A DNA stretch of 64,000 nt from Candidatus Hydrogenedentota bacterium (GTDB taxonomy: Bacteria > Hydrogenedentota > Hydrogenedentia > Hydrogenedentales > SLHB01), in assembly GCA_963745075.1 (NCBI GenBank), contig CAVUWV010000024.1, positions 224,001 through 288,000 on the forward strand. The letters run 5' to 3'. The notes under the pieces were generated by a model. The model saw nothing but the letters and a program-made list of their open reading frames with translations. It ran no database searches and had not been told where the DNA came from. How positions within the stretch are numbered: the first letter of the stretch is position 1; every line of letters starts with the position of its first letter. Position numbers and translations under genes: made by a program. Positions 30,935 to 40,657 of this stretch are shown in pieces.

Positions 30935-31112
30935 GTGAGAACGTATACTCCGTTTTCATTTGGAGAACTTCAGCCGGGAATCTATCAAACGGCAACATGT
31001 GAAGGTAGCACTTGGGGGGGAGTAAACACAAGCAGGTCCAAGTCAAAACGGGGAAGGAAGTTGTGCGTGGCGAGCCGGAGACGCGGGGGATCGTCTCGGC
31101 GGCGGCAGGGGC

Positions 31113-31676
31113 TTAGTTGAATGACTGCGACGCAGCGGTCCCGTTGGAACCCGTCTGCAGCCCTTCGGCCATGCTCGTGTGCCGCTCGATGGCGAGGTTC
31201 ATGAAGTCTTCCGCCAGATTGGCATCTACGGGAAAACTCGTCACGGTGTAGCCAAACTCTTTCACGATCTGCTTCAAGTCCGCGCTGAGCCGTTCAATTA
31301 CCCGCCGGGCGCCTTCTTCGGGCGTTTCCACGAGCAGAATTGCCAGACCGTGTTGGTTCAGACTGAACACCTGGTCGGTGGAACGGAGTTCATCGGAAAG
31401 TTGCATACCGATACGGGGCACGACATCGTCCGTATCTTCGGCGATCGACAATGTAACGAGAGTCGTCGATGCCGGGTATCGTATCGAGCGTTCAATCTCT
31501 TCGCGGACGCGCGCATGCAGATAGGTTTCCGTCCGTAGCCCGCTGGAGGGATCGCGGTACGCAAGTTTTTCTAACAAATGGCAACGTCGTTCCAACTCCG
31601 TGCGAAGTTGAACCTCTTCGCGTAAGCGGTTTTGCAAGTCGTCTATGGCATTTCGTAACTTCTCGATATCATCCAT
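31113..31676 (-). CDS. coiled-coil plus degenerate GGDEF-domain protein
   Basis: LAYRDPSSGL...REEIERSIRY, LRSTDQVFSLNQHGLAILLVETPEEGA; NQHGL sits where GGDEF is expected. Confidence 0.7.
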   Translation of the reverse strand: MDDIEKLRNAIDDLQNRLREEVQLRTELERRCHLLEKLAYRDPSSGLRTETYLHARVREEIERSIRYPASTTLVTLSIAEDTDDVVPRIGMQLSDELRSTDQVFSLNQHGLAILLVETPEEGARRVIERLSADLKQIVKEFGYTVTSFPVDANLAEDFMNLAIERHTSMAEGLQTGSNGTAASQSFN

Positions 31677-31828
31677 TCGTGATCTCCCTCCCAGCCTCGA
31701 ACGGGCCGCAAAACACGTGCCAATTGGGAACACGAGTTGGACTTCGTTATAACCCATTGGAACTTAGTGGTTTGAAGATCTGTTGAATTTCGGATGGCGA
31801 CTGTGGCAGAGTGTTAGATGGGTTTTAG

Positions 31829-31846
31829 GTTGTCATATTTGACAAC
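31829..31846. promoter_or_regulatory. palindromic operator candidate in the divergent intergenic region
   Basis: GTTGTCA-tatt-TGACAAC perfect palindrome. Confidence 0.5.
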
Positions 31847-31896
31847 TTTTTTATTGTTGGTGACAAGATCTTCCAGGTGAAGTTTCGATCCAACTC

Positions 31897-31925
31897 TTGA
31901 CAAGTCCATCAAAGGCCGGTAGCAT
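31897..31925 (+). promoter_or_regulatory. sigma70-like promoter
   Basis: TTGACA-17 nt-TAGCAT upstream of ORF 31983. Confidence 0.55.
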
Positions 31926-31982
31926 GGTAATTGTGTACGTGAGGGCCAATTAGTGCGTAAACTGTAAACGAGTGTCGCTACA

Positions 31983-33650
31983 TTGGAACTGCCATCCGCC
32001 GATGTGTCTACGCCGCGCTTTCTAGTCGTCGAAGACGAGCAGGCGCAGCGGAATCTCCTGCGGGAAGTTCTTCGCCGGGAAGGGTATGAGTGCGATTGTG
32101 CCTCCACCTGTGCCGAGGCGCGGGACCTGTTCTCGGAGGGGAGGTTTGTCTGCGCGCTCATCGACCTGGGGCTTCCCGACGGCAACGGGCTCACACTGCT
32201 CACGGATTTCTCGAGCGAGGATCCTTGCACGGTTCTGGTTATCCTTACCGGGGAAACGTCGGCCGAGACGATCATCAATACCATGCGTGGCGGCGCATTC
32301 GATTATCTCCGCAAACCAGTGGATCTGGTTACGCTGCGGGCGGCGGTTAGCCGCGCGCTGGCGCATCATTCGATTGCCATGGAGCGGGCCGAATTATTCC
32401 GCCTGCTTCTGGAAGAGCGCGAACAGTTGCGGGCCCGTGTCGAAGCGGCCACGGCGGACATCCGGCAGTATGCCGGGGCGTGCGAAGTGAGCAATTCGCG
32501 GCTGCGCGCACTCTTGCGGCTCGCGCAAATGTCTAACGAGTACTATACGGACGAGCACCTGTTCCGGCAGGTATTCGCCGAACTCGCCGGTCACTTGCCG
32601 TTGCGCGGCCTGGCGCTCTGCAACGCCGTGCGCAGAAAGATCCTCTTCGCCATTCAGGCGGAGGGCGCGATCGAAGTCGACTTCTACGGTTCCGAGTCCG
32701 TTTCGCTCGGTGGATACGATACGTTGCTGGCGGAGGCGGAACCGGGACTGCTGATTAATGAAGTGATAAAACGCTTCGGCGGACTGGACCTCGACGAACT
32801 GGAAACGTTGGTCTATCCGCAAATGTCGCGTTCCCGGACGACGAGCACGGTTGCATTCTTGTTGGCAGGGGGATCTGAACCGGATTCCTCCGATTCGGAG
32901 TTTCTCGATACCTGCGCGTACTTCCTCGCCTTCGAGTGGGAACGGGGGCAACTGTTGTATCACGTAGCGCATCACGCGAGTTTGGGCAATATCGCGGTCG
33001 AGTTGGCGCGGAATTTCATTCAACCGCTCACGGCAATTCAGACTGCCGTGGAATTCGTTTCCGAAACCGTCGAAAGCGAGGACGAACACCACGGCCTCGA
33101 TATCATCGCCCAGAATGCCGACCGGCTCCGGCGTCAGACCCAGGAGTTCCGGAAACTCTCGACGTTGCGAGAAAACGCCATCGAGACCGTGACGTTGGCC
33201 GATTACGTCGAACAGGCGGTCGATATGCTGAATGTAGCCATTCAGAACCGCGGGGTAACCATCGAACGGCAGTTTCAATCGGAATGCGAATGCATACTCT
33301 TGAACGGTACGATGCTTGCCCGGACCATCCTTGACGTGGTCTTGTCGAGCTTGCGGTCCGTCAAAATGGGCGGAAGAATTGTGTTGCGGCTGTATGAATC
33401 CGACGATCAGCATGTTGCGTTCGAGATCAATTACGAGGCGGTCAGCCGGGAGATTGCGGTATCCCAGAGAGAGTCCGATCCCTTGGGGAGGACCACGGTA
33501 AACCCGGTATTGCAACTCGCGGAACGCACCGTTCACGCTTGCGGCGGCAGCCTATCCATGGAAGTGCTGGACGACCGCAACACCACGATACGCTTTCAAC
33601 TTCCCCGCAATGCGACCAATCCGGCGCGACGGTGGGAGAACGTATTATGA
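31983..33650 (+). CDS. receiver domain fused to a degenerate histidine-kinase-like module
   Basis: Intact REC (VVEDE, LIDLGLPDG, LTG, LRKP); H-box-like LGNIAVELARNFIQPLTAI lacks His; N/G boxes not recognisable. Confidence 0.75.
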   Translation: MELPSADVSTPRFLVVEDEQAQRNLLREVLRREGYECDCASTCAEARDLFSEGRFVCALIDLGLPDGNGLTLLTDFSSEDPCTVLVILTGETSAETIINTMRGGAFDYLRKPVDLVTLRAAVSRALAHHSIAMERAELFRLLLEEREQLRARVEAATADIRQYAGACEVSNSRLRALLRLAQMSNEYYTDEHLFRQVFAELAGHLPLRGLALCNAVRRKILFAIQAEGAIEVDFYGSESVSLGGYDTLLAEAEPGLLINEVIKRFGGLDLDELETLVYPQMSRSRTTSTVAFLLAGGSEPDSSDSEFLDTCAYFLAFEWERGQLLYHVAHHASLGNIAVELARNFIQPLTAIQTAVEFVSETVESEDEHHGLDIIAQNADRLRRQTQEFRKLSTLRENAIETVTLADYVEQAVDMLNVAIQNRGVTIERQFQSECECILLNGTMLARTILDVVLSSLRSVKMGGRIVLRLYESDDQHVAFEINYEAVSREIAVSQRESDPLGRTTVNPVLQLAERTVHACGGSLSMEVLDDRNTTIRFQLPRNATNPARRWENVL

Positions 33651-35059
33651 CCGTTAAGATGGACAACGCGTCACCGAAAGAGCTGCCGGCCGGCCAGCGT
33701 CTGGTGGTTGTGTTGGACACCGATCCGGGTGTCCGCTGGACCCTCGAGAAGGGACTCGCCCGGTCGGGTTTCGAGGTCCGGGCGGCGGCTACGGTTGGGG
33801 ACGTCCTGAGCGTCATCAGCGATTTCGATGTGGCCGGTGTGATTATGGAACTACTCCCGGAGGCCGGGCTTACCGAAGATGTATTGTCCATGATCGTGGA
33901 CGCACCCAGCGCGCCACGGGTAATCTGCGTCGCGGTAGATTCGCCTCCGAATCTCGTGATCGATTGCATGCGCCGCGGAGCCGCGGATTTCTTGCCGAAG
34001 CCATTCAGTCTGGCTGAGGTGCGAAGTGCCCTTAACCGCGCCCTCGATACCATGTCCAGTAGCAACCCGTTCCATCGTCCGCCATCCGCGCAACGGAGTT
34101 CGGCCGACGACTCGCTGCTGATTGGAATCAGCCCGGCGATGCAAGAATTGCGCACGGTGATTAAGCAAATCGCCCAAACCGATCTGAATTGCCTGCTCCG
34201 CGGCGAGAGCGGCACGGGCAAAGACATGGTCGCTCGAGAGATTCATCGCCTTTCCCGAAGATCCGATCGGCCGTTCGTTAAGGTGAATTGTACCGCGCTG
34301 CCCGAGCAATTGCTGGAAAGTGAGCTGTTCGGATACGAGAAAGGCGCGTTTACCGGCGCCGTGTCCGCAAAGCCCGGCCGATTCGAACTGGCCCACCGCG
34401 GGATTATCTTCCTCGACGAGATCGGCGACATGCACCCGAACCTGCAAGCGAAACTGTTGCAGGTGATCGAGCACAAGGAGTTTACCAAGCTCGGCGGCCG
34501 CCGTCAGATCAAGGTGGACGTCCAGATTATCGCCGCGACCAACGCGGATCTCGAGGCGAAAACCAAAGATGGCTCCTTTCGAGGCGACTTGTATTTCCGT
34601 TTGAACGAAGTCTGTATCTGGGTGCCTCCTCTTTCCGCACGAAAAGAGGACGTGCCACTGCTCGTCCGCCACTTCATTCAGAAGCACGGCCGGTTCTCGG
34701 CAGATTCCGACACCCGAATCAGTGTCGAGGATTTGTCGGCCCTGACAAATCACGCATGGCCGGGCAACGTCCGAGAGTTGGAGAGCACGATCAAACGCTG
34801 GCTTGCCCTCGGCAAACAGTCCTTGACTTCGGCCCTCAATCGCAGCGGCTCCGCAACTCCGGGAAAGGCGCCGGTTACCGAACCCACCGACACCCGTTCG
34901 AACGCTGACGGCAAGGATGACCGTCCCGAGATGGTTCGGATTCTCGAGGCCCTCGAACGGTTTCAATGGAACCGGCGCAAGACGGCAGATCACTTGGGCA
35001 TGAGCTACCAGACGTTGCGCAGGCGTATCGATCAGTACGGATTGAACCAAGGCGCTTGA
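33647..35059 (+). CDS. sigma54-dependent transcriptional activator (NtrC family) with atypical receiver
   Basis: GESGTGKD, ESELFGYEKGAFTGA, FLDEIG, RGDLYFRLN, WPGNVRELE and a C-terminal HTH. Confidence 0.93.
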   Translation: MTVKMDNASPKELPAGQRLVVVLDTDPGVRWTLEKGLARSGFEVRAAATVGDVLSVISDFDVAGVIMELLPEAGLTEDVLSMIVDAPSAPRVICVAVDSPPNLVIDCMRRGAADFLPKPFSLAEVRSALNRALDTMSSSNPFHRPPSAQRSSADDSLLIGISPAMQELRTVIKQIAQTDLNCLLRGESGTGKDMVAREIHRLSRRSDRPFVKVNCTALPEQLLESELFGYEKGAFTGAVSAKPGRFELAHRGIIFLDEIGDMHPNLQAKLLQVIEHKEFTKLGGRRQIKVDVQIIAATNADLEAKTKDGSFRGDLYFRLNEVCIWVPPLSARKEDVPLLVRHFIQKHGRFSADSDTRISVEDLSALTNHAWPGNVRELESTIKRWLALGKQSLTSALNRSGSATPGKAPVTEPTDTRSNADGKDDRPEMVRILEALERFQWNRRKTADHLGMSYQTLRRRIDQYGLNQGA

Positions 35060-35239
35060 TTCTCCGCGCACCCCCCGCCTCGTTACCATATCGGCGTAAT
35101 AAGTTTGTCTTATGTGACATCATATTGTTCACATCTGACTAACATGCGTAACTGTATTCGGGCTCGGACCGGTGTATTCTATTAAGCCTTTTTCTGTAAG
35201 GCATTGGTTTGCAGTGTTTTGAAGAATTTTTGGCGGCGT

Positions 35240-35254
35240 TGGCACGGAACCTGC
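35240..35254 (+). promoter_or_regulatory. sigma54 (-24/-12) promoter of the PEP-CTERM gene
   Basis: TGGCACG-GAAC-CTGC; upstream palindrome TGTGA-N11-TCACA at 35113-35133 is a candidate enhancer. Confidence 0.7.
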
Positions 35255-35414
35255 GGTTAAGATGGCGACGTGCGAGTCAGTCAAAGCCTTATCTGGTGGG
35301 GTTTTGACAAGGTGGTGGGTACGCACCACTAGCAGTTTGAACGTGAATGGAAACGAAGTTTACGTGCGTGTGGCTAGGCTGCGGACAATCAGGATAATAA
35401 GGAGAATGCGAGCG

Positions 35415-36185
35415 ATGAAACTGAGGAGAGCGTTGATTGCGTTGGCGCTGGTGGCGTTTATGTCACAGTCCGCCTTTGCGGCGCTGATGGTACCGGGGGA
35501 TTCCATTCCGCCCGGCGAGAAGCATCTGTACGAAATCTTTAATGAACTGTATGGGACTGCCTACACGAGCAACAATGATGCGGCCTTCTTGGCCAACCAA
35601 GTCGTTGATTTCCAGACGCTGACGTTGGATCCCGATTTCTGCTCGATTACGTTTGAAGCGGTCTATCGTCAGTCTTACCTGGAAGACGATATCTACCTGT
35701 ACTCCGATGTCGATGAAATCGGCGATCCGGCTCCGCTGACGCACATTCTTGGACCGGTCGACAACAGCGGCGTGAATGGCGGACAGGGTAATCTGACGGG
35801 CACCATCCCGGCGGTTAATGTTGACGTGACGGGGCTGACCGAACTCGGCTTCCTCGATCACGCCAAGGATCCGAACTCGGCGTTTGCCTTCGACTGGTAT
35901 TCTCAGACGAGCCTGAACGATGGGCAGTTCTCCACCGGTAACGACGAAACCCACGTGCTGCTGTGGAACGTCCCCGGCATGAGTAACACCTACTTATTGA
36001 CGTGGGAAGACCTCCCCTACACGTACTTCTCCGGCAACGAAGATATCGGTGACCAGGACTACAACGACATCGTGATTCAGATGACGCTGAATCCGTGCGT
36101 AGTCCCCGAACCTTCCTCCATGGCGCTGCTTGGCCTCGGCCTTGCCGGACTCGCCGTGCGGAAGTTTCGCAAGCGTAAGGCCTAG
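35415..36185 (+). CDS. PEP-CTERM sorting-domain surface protein with DUF4114-like domain
   Basis: Signal peptide; WEDLP...GDQDYNDIVI; C-terminal VPEPSSMALLGLGLAGLAVRKFRKRKA. Confidence 0.92.
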   Translation: MKLRRALIALALVAFMSQSAFAALMVPGDSIPPGEKHLYEIFNELYGTAYTSNNDAAFLANQVVDFQTLTLDPDFCSITFEAVYRQSYLEDDIYLYSDVDEIGDPAPLTHILGPVDNSGVNGGQGNLTGTIPAVNVDVTGLTELGFLDHAKDPNSAFAFDWYSQTSLNDGQFSTGNDETHVLLWNVPGMSNTYLLTWEDLPYTYFSGNEDIGDQDYNDIVIQMTLNPCVVPEPSSMALLGLGLAGLAVRKFRKRKA

Positions 36186-36226
36186 CCCCTCGCAAGAGGG
36201 TCCTATGTAGACCGACTCGTTCAACG

Positions 36227-36269
36227 GAGCGGCGGCAGGTTTCGAAAGAAGCCTGCCGCCGCTCTTTTT
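36227..36269 (+). terminator. rho-independent terminator
   Basis: gagcggcggcaggtttc-gaaa-gaagcctgccgccgctc followed by ttttt. Confidence 0.85.
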
Positions 36270-36316
36270 GTGTGAACGTCTTCGGGTGGACGTCCCGGTG
36301 AACGATTGAGGATTGG

Positions 36317-37438
36317 CTAGTTGGTGTCGCCCAATCGTGCCTCGATGAACGGAGGTATGGGAGATTGATTGAAGAAGTGATTCGCAAGCGCGATCAAGAC
36401 CGTCCAGTCTTCCGGGGTTGTGTCGTGGCCACCCGGGCGAAAGTAGGCAAGATTGTTCTCCGGCGCGTGAAGCAAATCGAACACGGGTTGTGCCGCGGCG
36501 CGCATCGCCCGGGTGCCCTTCGGGTTCGCCCACTCGTCTTCCAACCCGTCGATGCTGGCGACGGCCCGGGGCGCCACTAACGCTCGGAGGAAATGCTGGT
36601 CGAAGGGCAATTCCGTTTCACGGCCCGCGAAGGACGCCAACCGGGGGCAGAACCAGTAGTGGAACCGTTCCGGTTCGGTAATCAACTCTAAGGTCTCGAC
36701 ACCATCTTCAACGATGAGAAATGAACCCGCGCCGCCAGCGCCGGACCCGTGGGGAACGGTGAGGGCAATGCGTGGGTCCAACGCGCCCGCCAGCAGGGCT
36801 ACTTTCCCGGCGCGAGAATGGCCGGTCAAGGCGATTCGATTTATGTCGACGGTATCGACGTGCTCCAGATAGTCGACGACACGCATTACGCCCCACGCCC
36901 AGACCGCCAACGATGCCCAATCGTATTGCGGGTAGAGCGGATGGAGTCCATCGGAGCGATCGGCGTCGTCCCGGTCGAGATCGTGGCGTTGGTATCCCGC
37001 GAAGATATATCCCGCTTCGACAACCGTCTTTGCGACGGGTCGCAAATGCTCCTCCCAGACCGGCTCGACGGCAAGCACCACAGGATAGGGACCCGTGCCG
37101 CCGGCCGGCACGTACAATCCAACGTGAAGCGGCACCTCGTGGTTTGGTCCCAAGTGGAGTGTGATCCGATGCAGGTCTGCCCCGACCTCGTCGATGCGTT
37201 CGATCGATTCCTCTTTGGCAGGGATCTTTTCCGGTGGCGGCGGCAAGTGACCGTATTCGATCGTGAGGATCATATCGGTAATTTCTTTGCGGCGCTGCTG
37301 CCACTGTTCGGCGGTGGTTACCGGCGTTCCGTCGCTCATCACCAGCGGATTGGGAAGGGCCGCAATTGGCGCTGCGTTCACAGCGGCGGCGGACGACATC
37401 GAGCATCCTGCGAGTAGAATTGCGAAAACCGTCGGCAT
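36317..37438 (-). CDS. carbohydrate esterase family 15 (glucuronoyl esterase-like)
   Basis: WAWGVMRVVDYL, TGHSRAGKVAL, ELPFDQHFLRALVAPR and RPGGH motifs. Confidence 0.85.
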   Translation of the reverse strand: MPTVFAILLAGCSMSSAAAVNAAPIAALPNPLVMSDGTPVTTAEQWQQRRKEITDMILTIEYGHLPPPPEKIPAKEESIERIDEVGADLHRITLHLGPNHEVPLHVGLYVPAGGTGPYPVVLAVEPVWEEHLRPVAKTVVEAGYIFAGYQRHDLDRDDADRSDGLHPLYPQYDWASLAVWAWGVMRVVDYLEHVDTVDINRIALTGHSRAGKVALLAGALDPRIALTVPHGSGAGGAGSFLIVEDGVETLELITEPERFHYWFCPRLASFAGRETELPFDQHFLRALVAPRAVASIDGLEDEWANPKGTRAMRAAAQPVFDLLHAPENNLAYFRPGGHDTTPEDWTVLIALANHFFNQSPIPPFIEARLGDTN

Positions 37439-37567
37439 GGCAATCTCCTGAATTGTGTTGAGTCAGTCTCCGGCACACTTTACCATGGGAGCCTGCCGCC
37501 AGGGGGAGCGGGTACTTTCCGTTCGGCAGACCGTGTATTGAGACGAATCCGGGAGATGGGTCCGGTC

Positions 37568-40500
37568 ATGAACATGAGAATCTTGCAGCGGGTTGGCTTG
37601 TTGTTCGCGCTCGCGGTGTGTTCGCGGGGAATCGCGATGGAGATCGCCTGGACGCGGACGACGGGCCAGTATCCCGTGGAATGCACCCCGGTGGTTGCTC
37701 GCATAGGCGATGGGGACGTGGTGCTCGCGTTGAATCGCGGCGGCCAGATCATGGCCTGGAACACGGACGGTTCGGACTGGGGTGACGGGCAAGACGGAAC
37801 GGTTGCGCAATTGCCGGAGGGCTTCTGGTCGGCGACGCCGCTTGTGCGAAACCCCGCTGACACGCCATTCGTCGTGGCGTGCAGCGGTGAAGGGCTTGTC
37901 ATTGCCCTCGATGCGTCCTTCCGGTCGCTTTGGCAAGTTCAATTGCCAGGCAAAACCGTCTATGGCGAGGCGATTCCCGTTGCGTTCCCCTCCGCGAAAG
38001 ACGGAGATCCCGGATTCTGCATCAGCGACAAATCCGGAACGGTGACTTGCCTGAACGTGGACGGCTCGATTCGGTGGCAGAAAGACCTTGGCCATGGATC
38101 GTGCCGTACGCCATTGCGATTAGCCAAGGGGGAAACTCCTGCGCTCTTGGTGGCGGCAGGGAACACACTGTCATTGCTTGTCGAGGACGGGGCCGAGATT
38201 TGGGCACGGGACCTGGGCGTTGAGATCACGGCCGGTCCGGTCAATCACGGGGCGGCGGAAAGCGCGTTCTACATTTGCGGCGGCGGGGGCTTGTTGATTG
38301 CGGTGGACCGGAATGGCGAAGTCTTGTGGCGAACTCCGGCCGGTGAGGAGATGGACACTACCATCGCCACGGCAAGCCCTCCGGCGGGCGGGCCGATCAT
38401 TGTCAGTAAGGGACTATGGGGAAACCTGTACGCATTTACCGACAAGGGGGAGCGGCTCTGGACTCACGAGTTTCGGGCAAAGAGCCGCAGTGCGTCGACC
38501 TTTGTAAACGTGGGTGGTTCCGTTTCCAACGCAATCTTGAGCACGAGTTACGACCAACAAGCACGGCTGTTCAATGACCAGGGCGAGCTGTTGGACACGT
38601 GCCGACTCGCTGGCGCGGTTAATGGTTCACCGGTCGGTTTCATAGACATCGAATCGGGAGAACCGCGGTGTCTTGTCGTTACGGCGTCGTTGCTTGCCCA
38701 TTGTTTGAAGTTGGGGCCCATGACGTCGCCGTACGCGATCGATGGAGACGAAGGAGAGGTCAAGCTTACGTGGCGTGCGACCACTACCGACGACCCCCAG
38801 CATTCCCTAATCGTCGACAACCCGGGGGGCCGCCTTCTGCGCGTCAATTTGTCCGTTCCGGTGAAAGTGGGCGGTCCGAGAGTGTATGGCACGGTTACGA
38901 CCCAGTCCGCTTTCGAGATTCCGTTCGATACAACCGACTATCCGGCTCCCGAACCCATTCGCGCCATCGTCCACGACGCGGAAGGTCACGACGTGTGCAA
39001 ATCGGCCTGGTCGACGCCGGGCGGGGACGGTTCCGTACGGTACGATCCTGGGGGTGACCAATTGATCGCGTGGGCTGTCCCTGCGTACGGCCACTTCAAC
39101 CCGGGTGTCCTTGCGCCGCAACTTTCACCGAATGGCGATTTGCGGCGGGATGCCGTCGAAGTTTCCAATCTTTACGTCAACGAGATCGATGAAGCGGCCT
39201 TGATACTCGTATCGACGTTTGCCAAACCCGTCCGCGTGCGCATCAACGCGCATGATTTGAAGGACGGGCAAGATTCGGCCTTCGGTGGAGCGGTAAATCT
39301 GTTTGAGGTCGTGTTTACCGGCGCGTCGAATGGGGAAGATGTGGCGGACGCATTGAACTCCCTGGGCGACAGCGGGCTTCATACGCTTCTCCCCGGGCGT
39401 GCAACCAAGATTTGGGTGCAGGTCGACGCGCACGGCGCAACGCCGGGCAGCTATGCGGGAACGATTACGGTTCAGCCGATCCTGGAGGAATCGCCCGCGG
39501 TCGAGTTGGGGCTGTCCGTGTCGGTGCCCAACCTGACGCTCGAAGCGCCGTTGCCATTGACGCTGTGCACATGGGACTACGTCCCGAACCAGTGGTTTCC
39601 GAATCGCACCCCCGAAGTGTTGGACGACATGAACCGCCACGGCGTAACCGTGTTTCCGCGCAGTATCGGAATACCGAAGGCTACGGTCGATGCGTCGGGA
39701 ACCTTGCAGTGCGATTGGAGCGCCATGGATGCGCCGTTGGCCGAATTGAAAGGCCGGGGCGAAGTCCTGTTCCAGATGACCGCGCCGCCGATTGCGTTTG
39801 AGAACGCGCCGGACGCGAATGCGGAACTGCAAATTCAGATCACGTACCTTCAGCAGTGGCGCGATCACCTGCGCGAACTGGGATGGGGGTATGAGGATTT
39901 CGCGCTGTATCCCATCGACGAACCGGGACTCGCAAACGGCAAACGCATCCAGACGTTCTTGGACGCCGCGAATTTGTTCCGGGCCGCCGATCCGCGGTTG
40001 CGCATCTACACGGACCCGGTTCCGGGGTTGTCCATGGCCGATTTCGATCGGATTTCGCCCTACGTCGACGTGTGGTGTCCCAACATGCGGCTGGTTTCCG
40101 GTCTGTTGGCGCAGGACCCGCGCATCCAACGGATTAAGGATTCGGGCAAAGTCGTCTGGTCCTATGAATGTGTCGCGCAAGTGCGTTCGCTTTCGCCGTT
40201 GCGCTACAACCGCGCGAATGCGTGGCGGGGACACGCTTTCGGGCTGCAAGGCATCGGGTTCTGGACCCATTGCACCACGCAGACCGACCCGTGGCTGCGC
40301 GCCAAAGATTTTAATGAGTACGAACTCGTCTATCCGGGTGCGCTTCCTGTACCGAGCGTGCGGTGGGAAGCGGTCCGCGATGGGTTGGAGGACGTCGCTG
40401 CAATCGCGATGCTGGAACGCGCGATTGCATCCGCGAAAGACGTCGGCGTAAAGGCGGACGTCGTTGCGGCGGCGGAGAAGGAACTTCGTATAGCACAAAA

Positions 40501-40654
40501 CGACATCATGGAACTCTCCGACGATGCCTTCAAGGAAAGCCGCGACTACCTCAAGCAAGGTGACCGGCGGATCTGGCACACGCCGACGGATGTTGAGACC
40601 TACGCCCGACACCGGAAACGCATCGCGGAACTGACGCTCGCGCTACAGGATTGA
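37568..40654 (+). CDS. large secreted protein: PQQ-like beta-propeller plus GH123/DUF4091-like C-terminal domain
   Basis: Repeated G...W propeller blades; YPIDEP and LVYPGALPVPSVRWEAVRDGLED motifs. Confidence 0.7.
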   Translation: MNMRILQRVGLLFALAVCSRGIAMEIAWTRTTGQYPVECTPVVARIGDGDVVLALNRGGQIMAWNTDGSDWGDGQDGTVAQLPEGFWSATPLVRNPADTPFVVACSGEGLVIALDASFRSLWQVQLPGKTVYGEAIPVAFPSAKDGDPGFCISDKSGTVTCLNVDGSIRWQKDLGHGSCRTPLRLAKGETPALLVAAGNTLSLLVEDGAEIWARDLGVEITAGPVNHGAAESAFYICGGGGLLIAVDRNGEVLWRTPAGEEMDTTIATASPPAGGPIIVSKGLWGNLYAFTDKGERLWTHEFRAKSRSASTFVNVGGSVSNAILSTSYDQQARLFNDQGELLDTCRLAGAVNGSPVGFIDIESGEPRCLVVTASLLAHCLKLGPMTSPYAIDGDEGEVKLTWRATTTDDPQHSLIVDNPGGRLLRVNLSVPVKVGGPRVYGTVTTQSAFEIPFDTTDYPAPEPIRAIVHDAEGHDVCKSAWSTPGGDGSVRYDPGGDQLIAWAVPAYGHFNPGVLAPQLSPNGDLRRDAVEVSNLYVNEIDEAALILVSTFAKPVRVRINAHDLKDGQDSAFGGAVNLFEVVFTGASNGEDVADALNSLGDSGLHTLLPGRATKIWVQVDAHGATPGSYAGTITVQPILEESPAVELGLSVSVPNLTLEAPLPLTLCTWDYVPNQWFPNRTPEVLDDMNRHGVTVFPRSIGIPKATVDASGTLQCDWSAMDAPLAELKGRGEVLFQMTAPPIAFENAPDANAELQIQITYLQQWRDHLRELGWGYEDFALYPIDEPGLANGKRIQTFLDAANLFRAADPRLRIYTDPVPGLSMADFDRISPYVDVWCPNMRLVSGLLAQDPRIQRIKDSGKVVWSYECVAQVRSLSPLRYNRANAWRGHAFGLQGIGFWTHCTTQTDPWLRAKDFNEYELVYPGALPVPSVRWEAVRDGLEDVAAIAMLERAIASAKDVGVKADVVAAAEKELRIAQNDIMELSDDAFKESRDYLKQGDRRIWHTPTDVETYARHRKRIAELTLALQD

Positions 40655-40657
40655 TAG

